64,000 bases of DNA. Origin: Candidatus Gorgyraea atricola (GTDB lineage: Bacteria; Omnitrophota; Gorgyraeia; Gorgyraeales; Gorgyraeaceae). A model generated the notes under the pieces. That model was not told the DNA's origin. It was given only the letters and a program-made list of their open reading frames with translations, and did no database searches. A program made the translations under genes and the position numbers. Position 1 is the first letter of the stretch. Every line of letters begins with the position of its first letter. Of this stretch, positions 1-9,488 are shown in pieces. The stretch covers positions 733-64,732 of the forward strand of contig JAVCCW010000021.1 of assembly GCA_030765235.1 (NCBI GenBank), in the 5' to 3' direction.

Positions 1-2
1 TT

Positions 3-728
3 AACCCTGAAACTGATATTTTTACCAATCCCATGGATAGTGCTGGGAATTGGAATGACCCTAAGCGGAATGTCAATAGAATAATAGGTTTTCTTAGAGA
101 AGAGAAAAGGGCTATACGTTTTGTTGAGATATTTGAAGCTGATAGAGATGATAAAGGCCAGCCTTGGTTTATAGATTCTCAAATAGCTATTCTAGATGCA
201 CTTGAGGCTATTGACTACAAAACACCAGCAATTCTTAAAAAAGTAAAAACAAGACTTAATAAGTTAACCACAGATTCTTCGATGAGCGACATAGTTAAAG
301 AAAGGTTAAAAGAAGTCATAGCTGTTTTAGAAGAAGGCGGAAAGAAATCTTTATATAATGAGCTTTACGAGCAAGCTATAAGAGAATTTGAAATTTATAA
401 AGATAGTGTTGAGATAGAAGATTTATCAATTATTAAAATGATAAAGCATATAAAATCAAATATAAAAAAAGGAAATTTTGGCTTTTTTGAAAGAGAAGAC
501 CTTGAGGCATATTTTGGTGATCTTGGCAAAAGACGTGACCCAGTAGACATTTATGAAGCAGGCAGTGCTTATAAAAAGAACGAAGCTAAGCTTAAAAAGG
601 AAATAGATTTAGTTCGTATTGATTATGACAAGGCTATAGAGTTTCTCTCAAAAGCAGAAAATTTTGAAAATGTAAAGAAAATGCTAGAGGTTTTAGTGCA
701 ACAGCGAATTGCATCGCAAAAGTTATAG
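3..728 (+). CDS. Hypothetical AT-rich protein, probably 5'-truncated by the window edge
   Basis: The frame is open from position 3 through ATG 33 to the stop at 728; no recognisable motif. Confidence 0.6.
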   Translation, partial: NPETDIFTNPMDSAGNWNDPKRNVNRIIGFLREEKRAIRFVEIFEADRDDKGQPWFIDSQIAILDALEAIDYKTPAILKKVKTRLNKLTTDSSMSDIVKERLKEVIAVLEEGGKKSLYNELYEQAIREFEIYKDSVEIEDLSIIKMIKHIKSNIKKGNFGFFEREDLEAYFGDLGKRRDPVDIYEAGSAYKKNEAKLKKEIDLVRIDYDKAIEFLSKAENFENVKKMLEVLVQQRIASQKL

Positions 729-792
729 ATTTGGGGATAAGTGGGGACGTCCTATTTGGGGACACCCTGCGAATTAAAATTCATTCCTATTT

Positions 793-1668
793 TTAATACC
801 CAAGGTTTTTTAACGCGAATGGGTCTTTGCGCCAGTTTTCGTAGACTTTTACCCAGAGGTCGAGGAATACCTTTTTTTGCAGGAGGGTTTCGATTTCTTT
901 TCTTGAATTTTCACCTATCTTTTTTAGCATTTGCCCGTTTTTCCCGATTATTATGGCCTTTTGGTTTTTTCTTTCCACGTAGATGTGAGCCCTGATGTAG
1001 CAAAGGTTTTTATTTTCTCTCTCTTTCATCTCTTCCACAGTTACTGCTATTGCATGTGGTACTTCCTGATGAGTCAGCTCCATTATCTTTTCTCTTATGA
1101 GTTCCTGGATAAGGAAGCGTTCGCTTTTGTCGCTCAACTGGTCTTCCGGAAATAGGGGATAGCCTTGTGGCAGATATTCCAGGATCTTTTTGAATACGAT
1201 TTCAGTCCCATCTTTCTTAGACGCGGCTATGGGGATTATCTCTTTAAAGGAAAATTTCGTAGCCTCTTCAATAACTGGAAGCACTAGTCTTTTATCGATC
1301 TTGTCCATCTTATTTATGATGAGAAGGGTTTCTTTTTCAGGAGGGAGTTGCTGGAAGATTGCCTTATCCTCTCTAGTGATACCGCTATATGCATCTATCA
1401 GCATGAGCACCAGATCTACTTCGAGCAGTGTTGCCGCCGCCTTGCGTACCATTGTTTTTCCAAGAAGCGTGTTTGGCCTGTGCATGCCTGGCGTGTCTAT
1501 AAAGACTACCTGAAACTCTTTGCCAGAGATTATGCCCTGTATATTATCCCGCGTGGTCTCTGGTTTTTTTGACACAATGCAGAGCTTCTCCTTTACGAGC
1601 GCGTTAAGAAGCGTGGACTTCCCCACATTGGGCCTACCGATTATAGCAACCTTCCCTGCCTTAAACAT
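793..1668 (-). CDS. era: GTPase Era
   Basis: GRPNVGKST, DTPG, NKMD and a C-terminal KH domain (IIIGKNGQMLK); start moved to ATG 1668 (MFKAGKVAII). Confidence 0.97.
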   Translation of the reverse strand: MFKAGKVAIIGRPNVGKSTLLNALVKEKLCIVSKKPETTRDNIQGIISGKEFQVVFIDTPGMHRPNTLLGKTMVRKAAATLLEVDLVLMLIDAYSGITREDKAIFQQLPPEKETLLIINKMDKIDKRLVLPVIEEATKFSFKEIIPIAASKKDGTEIVFKKILEYLPQGYPLFPEDQLSDKSERFLIQELIREKIMELTHQEVPHAIAVTVEEMKERENKNLCYIRAHIYVERKNQKAIIIGKNGQMLKKIGENSRKEIETLLQKKVFLDLWVKVYENWRKDPFALKNLGY

Positions 1669-1710
1669 GCCTATATTATACATGTATGTGGTATAATAGG
1701 AAGGAAAATG

Positions 1711-1890
1711 AGTGAGGACATGGGTTACCCCATTCCAAATTCTGAGTGATGCGTAATTTATTTTTTTGGAACTACTTGCGTGCAATTCTAATAAATTGTT
1801 CGAAGATCTTTAAGAATTTGGAACGGGGTTCAATTCGCACAGCAACTTATGTTCTCTCACTGCGTTCGTTCCATAAGTTGCGTGCTCATT
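1711..1890 (+). mobile_element. Composite hairpin element, copy A (left arm partly deleted)
   Basis: AGTGAGGACA start and AATTCGCAC-hairpin-GTGCTCATT end shared with copies at 33757, 49558 and 50968; inner inverted repeat 1727-1829. Confidence 0.8.
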
Positions 1891-1903
1891 GAAGGAGGCT
1901 ACT

Positions 1904-2323
1904 ATGAAGGCATTTTATTTTGCGTTGGCTACAGCAGTGGTGTGGGGAATTGTGCCGATTCTGGAAAAGATGGGTGTGGCGAGAATAGCGCCGCTTGCAG
2001 GGGTCATGATACGTTCGTTAGGAGTGATTATAGGTGTGACTTTTCTGGCTGCGTTCAACAGTCAGACCTTTAAGGCTGCCTTAAAAGCAGACCCGCGCAC
2101 AATATTTTTACTTGTGCTGGGTGGATTTATGGCGAGCATACTCGGTCAGATACTTTTCTATAACGCGCTTAAGACTGGTGAAGCCTCAAAGGTCGTTCCT
2201 ATAGCAGGCATATATCCCCTGGTTGCGTTTTTGTTAGGGGTTTTATTTTTGGGAGAAGCCGTTACTGTTGCAAAGATGGGCGGTGTGATCTTTGTGATCC
2301 TGGGTCTATTTTTGCTGAGGTAG
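1904..2323 (+). CDS. EamA/DMT family transporter
   Basis: Hydrophobic helices, ALKTGEASKVVPI motif, SD AAGGAGG before ATG 1904. Confidence 0.85.
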   Translation: MKAFYFALATAVVWGIVPILEKMGVARIAPLAGVMIRSLGVIIGVTFLAAFNSQTFKAALKADPRTIFLLVLGGFMASILGQILFYNALKTGEASKVVPIAGIYPLVAFLLGVLFLGEAVTVAKMGGVIFVILGLFLLR

Positions 2324-2788
2324 ATCTCCTTCGTTTACCTCGATCCTTTTTATCATATTGGATTGACGGTCACTTATATCAAATACAACATCAAGCTCTC
2401 CGTCTGAATCCTCGTCCCTTTCCAATTTTATAACCCTGCCGTCGCGATATTGGCTTCGCTGGTCTATCTTGCCGTCATAGTCGCTGTCTATTTCAAATTT
2501 GGTGCGCTGGCTATATTCATACCAGGATCTCATATCAACATTTCCATCAAAGTTTAGGTCGATCTCCGTTACCTTTTTGCCTTTTTCTCCATATATAATC
2601 CACATATCCAGCGCGCCATCGTAATTTCTGTCAGTTTCTATCTTTACAGGCCGTTCATTCTCAAAATATATCCATAGATCAGTTTTACCATCTTCGTTTT
2701 TATCTTCTTCTTTGACCTCTGCGGCATTTGCCACTGGCGCCAGAAGGAACATCATTATAATTAGTCTAAGGATCGTCGTTTTATACAT
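2306..2788 (-). CDS. Secreted protein with repeated Dx[DN]xDG motifs
   Basis: Signal peptide (APVANA) then DKNEDG, DRNYDG, DLNFDG, DSDYDG, DEDSDG at about 22-23 aa spacing. Confidence 0.75.
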   Translation of the reverse strand: MYKTTILRLIIMMFLLAPVANAAEVKEEDKNEDGKTDLWIYFENERPVKIETDRNYDGALDMWIIYGEKGKKVTEIDLNFDGNVDMRSWYEYSQRTKFEIDSDYDGKIDQRSQYRDGRVIKLERDEDSDGELDVVFDISDRQSNMIKRIEVNEGDLPQQK

Positions 2789-2839
2789 ATTTGCCTATTC
2801 CAATAAATTATGATACAATCATTCTTATATACATTATAT

Positions 2840-4480
2840 ATGAAAAAAGTCAGGATTGCAATTGCGCAGATAAATACCATTGTAGGGGATCTGGTAGGCA
2901 ATACAGAGAAGATACTGTTCTGTCTAAATGAGTCACTCAAAAAGCGCGCAGACATTGTTGTGTTTCCAGAACTTTCCATAACAGGATATCCACCTGAAGG
3001 CCTTGTCTTAAAACCGCATTTCGTAAAAGAAAATCTTAAATGTCTAAATGTGATCGCAAAGGCCGCAAAAGACATCATAGCGATAGTCGGATTTGTGGAC
3101 CAAAAGGCCAAGGATCTATATAATAGCGCCGCAGTTATAAATAATAAAAAAATAATCCACGTATATCATAAAAGACATCTTCCAAGCTACAGCGTATTTG
3201 ACGAAAAGCGATATTTTAAGCCTGGCAGAGAGAATGCTCTTTTAAAGGCGAAAGGCTATTCTTTTTCAGTAAATATATGTGAAGACATTTGGACGAAAGA
3301 AGATGCTAAAACAAAAGCACTTATAAAGCGCGCGGATTTTCTAATAAACATCTCTGCCTCTCCGTATCATATTGATAAAATAGAAGAGAGGGAGAAACTG
3401 TTGCTTGCCAAGGCCAAAAGATTCAAGACGTCTATAATCTACTGTAATCTCATTGGTGGACAGGATGAACTTGTGTTTGATGGCCGCAGCGCCATATTTG
3501 GAAAATCCAATAAAATTATAGCAAAGGCCAGGGCCTTTGAAGAGGATTTATTGATAGTCGATTTGCCAGAGTACCTCCGCAACCCCGGAGGTTGCCATTC
3601 TGGCAACCTCCGGGGTTGCGGAGGTATGACAAAGATTGAAGAGATCTATTCAGCGCTTGTACTGGGACTGCGTGATTATGTCAGAAAGAATAATTTTAAA
3701 AAAGTGGCGTTTGGGCTTTCAGGAGGCATAGATTCTGCACTAGTTGGCGCACTTGCAGTTGAGGCCCTGGGCAAAGCGAATGTCCTGGCGCTTTCCATGC
3801 CATCGAAATACTCTTCAGCAGCCACTCAGCAGGATGCTGAAGGGATTGCAAAGAGTCTCGGTGTTAGATTTGCAAAGGTTCCAATAGATAGCATATTTAA
3901 TGCATATAATAATACACTCCAGACCCACTTTGCCGGCATGGATCCTGATATAACAGAGGAGAATATCCAGGCAAGGATACGCGGGAATATTCTTATGGCG
4001 TTTTCAAATAAATTCGGATACCTTGTTCTCAATACAGGCAATAAGAGCGAGACAAGCGTAGGGTATTGTACTCTATATGGAGACATGGCAGGTGGATTTG
4101 CCGTGATAAAGGATGTACCTAAGAATCTTGTTTATGAATTAGCGAGATTTGTGAATAAGAAAAAAGAAATTATTCCAAATAGCGTCTTTAAGAGGCCGCC
4201 CTCAGCAGAGTTAAGGCCAGGCCAGAAGGATCAGGATAGCTTACCGCCTTATGATTTAGTCGACGCTATAGTCGATCTATACGTAGAAAAGGACAGATCT
4301 TTCAGCGATATTATGAAGAAATTAAAGAATAAAGATATTGTCAAAAAGGTTTTAAGTATGATTGATATGAATGAATATAAGCGTCGTCAAGCACCTCCTG
4401 GAATAAAAATAAGTCCTCGAGCTTTTGGAAAGGACAGGCGCATGCCTATTACGAATAAGTATAAGGGAGGCAGTATATGA
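2840..4480 (+). CDS. nadE: Glutamine-dependent NAD+ synthetase
   Basis: Nitrilase domain (FPEL, ICEDIW) plus synthetase domain (LSGGIDS, NKSE, YGD). Confidence 0.97.
   Translation: MKKVRIAIAQINTIVGDLVGNTEKILFCLNESLKKRADIVVFPELSITGYPPEGLVLKPHFVKENLKCLNVIAKAAKDIIAIVGFVDQKAKDLYNSAAVINNKKIIHVYHKRHLPSYSVFDEKRYFKPGRENALLKAKGYSFSVNICEDIWTKEDAKTKALIKRADFLINISASPYHIDKIEEREKLLLAKAKRFKTSIIYCNLIGGQDELVFDGRSAIFGKSNKIIAKARAFEEDLLIVDLPEYLRNPGGCHSGNLRGCGGMTKIEEIYSALVLGLRDYVRKNNFKKVAFGLSGGIDSALVGALAVEALGKANVLALSMPSKYSSAATQQDAEGIAKSLGVRFAKVPIDSIFNAYNNTLQTHFAGMDPDITEENIQARIRGNILMAFSNKFGYLVLNTGNKSETSVGYCTLYGDMAGGFAVIKDVPKNLVYELARFVNKKKEIIPNSVFKRPPSAELRPGQKDQDSLPPYDLVDAIVDLYVEKDRSFSDIMKKLKNKDIVKKVLSMIDMNEYKRRQAPPGIKISPRAFGKDRRMPITNKYKGGSI
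3572..3626. repeat. Perfect 26-bp-stem palindrome inside nadE
   Basis: TACCTCCGCAACCCCGGAGGTTGCCA-ttc-TGGCAACCTCCGGGGTTGCGGAGGTA. Confidence 0.95.
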
Positions 4481-4758
4481 AAGGACAAACCAACGAAGAG
4501 GTTTTTATAAATGTGGTCAAAAGGATTAATCTTTATTTAATTATACTAGGTGTAATTTTTCTTGTATATTTTTTAATTCAGATTAAAGTGAATGTATTTT
4601 TGTTTCTGCTGGCGCTCTTGAATGTAGGCTTTGCGCTCCTTTCCCACAAGCACCTTATAATAACGAATAGGCTTGCGATTGAGCTGAGGCGCGCAAAAGA
4701 ATCGCTGGGTGATATTTCAAAAGAGATGAAGGACATACATCCGGACTTACATGCATAG
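4477..4758 (+). CDS. Small two-helix membrane protein
   Basis: ATGA overlap with nadE, SD GGGAGG, two hydrophobic segments. Confidence 0.7.
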   Translation: MKGQTNEEVFINVVKRINLYLIILGVIFLVYFLIQIKVNVFLFLLALLNVGFALLSHKHLIITNRLAIELRRAKESLGDISKEMKDIHPDLHA

Positions 4759-5548
4759 GCGCTTACATTCGATACTCCTAATACCCTTCCTTTTTTTAAG
4801 TCTATTTAGCTTTTCAGAGAAAGATGTTTCTATCAGCGCAGAGTCAGCTGTACTTATGTCGCCGATAATGAAAAGAATAGTGTATTCTAAGAATCCTAAT
4901 CTTAGACTCTCACCCGCCTCTACAACAAAGATAATGACCGCAATTGTAGTTTTAAAAAACTCCTCTCTCGATAAAGAGGTTACTGTCAGCAAGCGTGCCG
5001 CTTCAATGGAACCATCCAAGGTCTATATAAAAAAAGACGAGATCTATCTAACAGGGGATTTGCTTAAGGCTTTACTTTTGAACTCTGGAAATGATGCGAG
5101 CGTTGCACTTGCCGAGAACGTTGCAGGGTCAGAAGAGGAATTTGTGGAGATGATGAATAAAGCCGCGAAGGGCATAGGGGCTAAAAATACGCATTTCAAG
5201 ACATCCAATGGTCTTCCTGCAGAAGGCCAGTATTCTACAGCATATGATCTGGCCTTAATAGTGCGCGAGGCAATGAGGCACGAGGAGATTGTTGAAATAA
5301 TGAAGAAAAAGACGGATCAGATAAAAGAAGTCAGAACCGGAAGGGTTATAAAATTAAGAAGTCACAACAAGAGTCTATGGAAGGATACGCCCTATAAGAT
5401 GTTAGGAAAGACAGGTTATACCAAAAAGGCAGGCAGTTGCTTTGCAGGATATATAGACTATAATAGATGGAGAAGGCTTATCATAGTGATTTTAAAGAGC
5501 AAGACTAAATGGCAAGACCTGGGAGTATTGGCAGAGGCTGCATTGTGA
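4751..5548 (+). CDS. D-alanyl-D-alanine carboxypeptidase (peptidase S11)
   Basis: PASTTK (SxxK), SGND (SxN) and KTG motifs. Confidence 0.93.
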   Translation: MHRRLHSILLIPFLFLSLFSFSEKDVSISAESAVLMSPIMKRIVYSKNPNLRLSPASTTKIMTAIVVLKNSSLDKEVTVSKRAASMEPSKVYIKKDEIYLTGDLLKALLLNSGNDASVALAENVAGSEEEFVEMMNKAAKGIGAKNTHFKTSNGLPAEGQYSTAYDLALIVREAMRHEEIVEIMKKKTDQIKEVRTGRVIKLRSHNKSLWKDTPYKMLGKTGYTKKAGSCFAGYIDYNRWRRLIIVILKSKTKWQDLGVLAEAAL

Positions 5549-6228
5549 GAAAATCTTTGATTTTAATAATTTTTATATTTTTATTTTGCCGCATATCTAT
5601 TGCAGCGCCAGTGTACGGGACACACATGCCTAAAGAAAGGCGTTTTACATGCGGGCTAGAAGGGAATTTTATAGTCGATAGGAACCTGGATAATGACGAA
5701 GGCGCGACAAGCGGTGATAGATATTTTTTTACTCTCTCGTACGGTATTTTTTCATGGCTCTCGTTTGACGGGAAAATAGGCGTTGGTGATGCAGGCTGGC
5801 ATAGGATCGGAGCGGATGATCTGAGTTATGCTACTAATTTCGCAGGCGGCTATGGATTTAGGGTGAGAGGATATGAAATAGAGGAATGGGGCATAAAGAG
5901 CGTCGCGGGTTTCCAGCATATAAGTGTACATTCTGATGCAAAGAATCAGGGCGGGGATAAACATGATGCAATAATAGATGAGTGGCAAGGCTCTTTGGTT
6001 GTTTCTAAGGATATAGGGAGCCTTGTGCCGTATTTCGGCACAAGATACGGCACAGTTGATTTTATAAAATGGCTGAACGAACATGACCGCAAACGCATCC
6101 AGTCAGAAAAATACTATGGCCTTATCATAGGCTTAGATTATTGGCTCAGCGACAAAACAAAGATAAATTTAGAATGTGATTTTCTGGATGGCGAGGAGTT
6201 CGCGCTAGGTTTTAGCCGTGATTTTTGA
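5545..6228 (+). CDS. Putative outer-membrane beta-barrel protein
   Basis: GTG start overlapping the upstream stop, signal peptide, amphipathic strands, C-terminal Phe. Confidence 0.65.
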   Translation: MRKSLILIIFIFLFCRISIAAPVYGTHMPKERRFTCGLEGNFIVDRNLDNDEGATSGDRYFFTLSYGIFSWLSFDGKIGVGDAGWHRIGADDLSYATNFAGGYGFRVRGYEIEEWGIKSVAGFQHISVHSDAKNQGGDKHDAIIDEWQGSLVVSKDIGSLVPYFGTRYGTVDFIKWLNEHDRKRIQSEKYYGLIIGLDYWLSDKTKINLECDFLDGEEFALGFSRDF

Positions 6229-6235
6229 CAACCTT

Positions 6236-7684
6236 TTATTTCAATAATTCCTTCGAGAATATATTGTCAAGGCCAAGGATGCATGCCGGGTCTAAAGATT
6301 TTTTTAAGGCTGCCATTTGCTCGATATTCTTTTTTCCGTACATGGCCTCGAGAAATGCGTGTTTTAGCTTTCCTATACCGTGCTCCGCTGAAACTGTACC
6401 GCCTAAGCTAACAGCCTTTTTTACAAAATCCATATAGATAGATCTACTCTTCGCAAATTCTGCCTCGGTCTTTGGGAGCATGTTTACATGCATGTGATTT
6501 TCACCTATATGGCCGAAGATTACAAATGCGATTTTTGAAGGGATAAGCCTTTCTTTATAGAACGCGAACATCTCAGGGAAAGACCCTTCAGGCACAGCTA
6601 TATCTGTGCCGACCTTTGGAAGTTTATTTGTTTTTACTATCTCGTTTATCATCTCAGGTAGGGCATGTCTGAATTCTCTTAATTTTTCTCTTTCTTTTTC
6701 AGAATCCGCGAAGAAGGATTTTTCTGCGAGGGCGCTATGTCTTTCAAGTAGCCCCATCCATGATTCTGTGATAGAGGCCTCATCTTCTTTTTTATAGTCC
6801 TGCTCGAAATATACCATTGCCTTAGAGTCTGTGGGTATGTTTTTATGCTTTTGCCGTAGCAGGTCCAGAGAATTTTCATCCATGTATTCCAGAGAGAGGG
6901 CCTTTCTGGTCTTAGCGTCTTTTACAAAACTCAAGGCGTCTTTTTCGCTTGGAAAGAAGCTGAAAAAACTCATTACAGCTTCAGGCGTTTTGCCAAGCAA
7001 GAGAGATACCTCTGTAATGACTCCCAGCGTTCCTTCATGCCCAATGAATAAGTCTATCATATCCATATTATCTTTTACGTAATAGCCTGCGGCGTTTTTT
7101 ATAGCAGGCATGGAATACGTCGGTATCATTAATTTCAATTCTCTTTCCTTAAATTTTAAAGATATATTCTCACCTTTTTTAATAAAAAATTCCCCGCGCT
7201 TTATATTCAGGATGTCGCCGCTTGAGAGCATTATTTTTAATTTTTTTACATAGTTGCGCGTGGGTCCGTATTTAAAACCTTTTGCGCCTGACGCATTTGT
7301 TGAAATCGTACCGCCTACAAATGCATTTGGCTCTGTGGGGTCAGGCAGGTACATAAGACCTTTTTTAGAAAGCTGTATTTGTAATTCTGATAGCCTTACG
7401 CCTGTCTGGACTGTTGCTATAGAGTTTTTTTCATCTATGTCAATTATTTTATTAAGCGAATCTGTGGCGAGAATCGAGCCTCCAAATGGAACCCTTGCGC
7501 CAGTCACGCCTGTACCACCGCCTGAGACAGTCAGTGGAGTATTTCTACTTGAGGCATCCCTGAGGATATCAATTGTATCTTTCTCATCCTCGGGTATTAA
7601 GACCTCGTCGGCATAACCCCCTCTCAATCCTGATTCATCCTCAAAATAAGACTTGATAATATCCGCATCTCTCTTTATAATCAT
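6236..7684 (-). CDS. FAD-linked oxidoreductase (GlcD/D-lactate dehydrogenase family)
   Basis: GGGTGVTG, GGTISTNASG, FGHIGENHMH, SAEHGIG. Confidence 0.92.
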   Translation of the reverse strand: MIIKRDADIIKSYFEDESGLRGGYADEVLIPEDEKDTIDILRDASSRNTPLTVSGGGTGVTGARVPFGGSILATDSLNKIIDIDEKNSIATVQTGVRLSELQIQLSKKGLMYLPDPTEPNAFVGGTISTNASGAKGFKYGPTRNYVKKLKIMLSSGDILNIKRGEFFIKKGENISLKFKERELKLMIPTYSMPAIKNAAGYYVKDNMDMIDLFIGHEGTLGVITEVSLLLGKTPEAVMSFFSFFPSEKDALSFVKDAKTRKALSLEYMDENSLDLLRQKHKNIPTDSKAMVYFEQDYKKEDEASITESWMGLLERHSALAEKSFFADSEKEREKLREFRHALPEMINEIVKTNKLPKVGTDIAVPEGSFPEMFAFYKERLIPSKIAFVIFGHIGENHMHVNMLPKTEAEFAKSRSIYMDFVKKAVSLGGTVSAEHGIGKLKHAFLEAMYGKKNIEQMAALKKSLDPACILGLDNIFSKELLK

Positions 7685-7718
7685 AGCTATAATCTAACAC
7701 ACGAAGGAAATATTTACA

Positions 7719-8078
7719 ATGGCGACTTTTTTAAGTTTGATTATTGGCGCATTAGCAGGCGTAGCCAGTGGTTTTTTTGGCATAGGCGGGGCAGTAATAA
7801 TAGTGCCGATGCTAGTGTATCTATTTAAGTTCCCGCAGCATTATGCGCAGGGCACTGCACTTGTTGCGCTTCTTCTGCCTATAGGTGTCCTGGCAGTCAT
7901 CCGATATTACCATGCAGGAAATGTAAATATAAAGATGGGCCTGTTTATAAGTCTTGGATTTTTTATAGGCGGATTTTTAGGAGCGCATTTAGCGCATTTA
8001 TTGCCGCAGTTGGTCCTTAAAAGGCTTTTTGGAGTCTTGCTCTTAGGTCTTTCTGCATACATGCTGATAGGTAAATAA
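7719..8078 (+). CDS. TauE/SafE family membrane protein (half-size)
   Basis: GFFGIGG...IVP and AQGTAL motifs. Confidence 0.88.
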   Translation: MATFLSLIIGALAGVASGFFGIGGAVIIVPMLVYLFKFPQHYAQGTALVALLLPIGVLAVIRYYHAGNVNIKMGLFISLGFFIGGFLGAHLAHLLPQLVLKRLFGVLLLGLSAYMLIGK

Positions 8079-9205
8079 TGATAAAACCTAATCCTTTTAC
8101 ACCGCAGTCAGGATGGGAGCCGCGCATATTTGGCGGCAGAGAAGAGAACCTTTCTCTTTTTAAATCCAATCTGGAGAATGCGATTTCAGTCAGGCCAAAT
8201 CATTTAGTTGTACTGGGAGAGTGGGGTATAGGCAAGACCTCTCTTCTTAAGCAGTTCAGGAGGATCGCCCAGGAGCAAGGGTATCCATCATGTTTTTGTT
8301 CCCTTTCGAGATTTACAAAGAATGACAGGCCTTTAAACGCCATTCATCTTATTGCTGAAGAGATGCTCATGGGTTTTCCAAGCTCTGGCGCAGATTCAGA
8401 AAAATTCCTAAAGGAATTTTCTAAAAGAAAATCGCTTGCTCAGGCGCAGACGCATTTCACAAAATTTCTTCTAGAGCTCTGGAAAACGCTGGATACAAAA
8501 CTGGCAGTGGTTATGCTGGATGACCTGCAGAATCTTTTGCCTATCTCGAATACGATCGATATCTTAAGAGCTGTCCTGAGTAAGGATGAAGTCATTCGCA
8601 ATACGCGATTTTTATTCGTACTTTCTTCTACACCAGCTGGTTGGTCGAGCTTTTTAGATAAACACGACCCTGTGGGCAGGTTTTTCAGAAAACGCATGAA
8701 TGTTGGGAATCTGGATAAGAAAGAGGTCGCGGGGACTGTTAGTCAGACTTTGCAGGATACAGGCGTAGATTTTGAAGAAGGCGTAAAGGATAAGATATTT
8801 GATCATACAGGCGGCCATCCTTATGAGGTGCAGCTTTTATCCAGTCACCTATATGACGGGCAAATAGAAGGAAAGGTGGGGCACCAGGTGTGGGATAATG
8901 CGCTTGGCAGTACCTTGAAGGAACTGGGAAGAGATTATTTTAATACATTGTTTTCCAGGGCGAGCGACAGAGAAAGGGATCTATTAAGGATGCTCTCTGA
9001 AGAGAAAAAGCCGCTTTCCCTAAAGGATTTCAGGACGATGATGATAGTAGGCAAGCACGCGAAAAAGTTTCCGGTCGCGAACATAAAGAATTTTCTTTAC
9101 AGATTGGAAGAAAAAGGCATTATAAGTAGGAATGAAAAAGGGAGTTTTGACATCCCTGATCGGATGTTCAGGGAATTTGTTTTAAGAAAGGAGAACGAGA
9201 AATGA
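8078..9205 (+). CDS. P-loop ATPase with probable C-terminal winged helix
   Basis: NPF...FGGRE, Walker A GEWGIGKT, Walker B VMLDD, TGGHPY. Confidence 0.85.
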   Translation: MIKPNPFTPQSGWEPRIFGGREENLSLFKSNLENAISVRPNHLVVLGEWGIGKTSLLKQFRRIAQEQGYPSCFCSLSRFTKNDRPLNAIHLIAEEMLMGFPSSGADSEKFLKEFSKRKSLAQAQTHFTKFLLELWKTLDTKLAVVMLDDLQNLLPISNTIDILRAVLSKDEVIRNTRFLFVLSSTPAGWSSFLDKHDPVGRFFRKRMNVGNLDKKEVAGTVSQTLQDTGVDFEEGVKDKIFDHTGGHPYEVQLLSSHLYDGQIEGKVGHQVWDNALGSTLKELGRDYFNTLFSRASDRERDLLRMLSEEKKPLSLKDFRTMMIVGKHAKKFPVANIKNFLYRLEEKGIISRNEKGSFDIPDRMFREFVLRKENEK

Positions 9206-9393
9206 AGGTCAAGGTAGATGCAGAGCTGTGTGTTGGTTGTGGTTTATGCGTTAATACGTCTCCAGAGCTCTTTGAGATGAAAGAAGATAAGGCAATTCTA
9301 AAGACAAAGACAGACTCAGTCCCTGCTGGACAAGAAGAATCCTGCAAGCAGTCCAAAGACGAATGCCCTGTCGATGCGATTATTATAGATTAA
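9202..9393 (+). CDS. Monocluster ferredoxin
   Basis: CVGCGLC ... CPVDAI. Confidence 0.92.
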   Translation: MKVKVDAELCVGCGLCVNTSPELFEMKEDKAILKTKTDSVPAGQEESCKQSKDECPVDAIIID

Positions 9394-9488
9394 TTTTTCT
9401 TAGACAAGATCCTTCGGAAGCAGAAGATGGCGAGAGATATGATGCTTATCCACGATATAGAGAGTATCAGCCAGCCAAATACGTTCAT
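9390..9488 (-). CDS. 32-aa single-helix membrane protein, possible small subunit of the NSS transporter (absent from the ORF track)
   Basis: MNVFGWLILSISWISIISLAIFCFRRILSKKN; ATG overlaps the TGA of the transporter gene. Confidence 0.7.
   Translation of the reverse strand: MNVFGWLILSISWISIISLAIFCFRRILSKKN

Noticed and set aside
1669-1785. N-terminal extensions in the ORF track for Era, the NSS transporter, GpmA, GIY-YIG, HypE and HypA
   Set aside because: They run through promoters or repeat elements; family-typical N-termini begin at downstream ATGs (1668, 11041, 26935, 49630, 49980, 51160)
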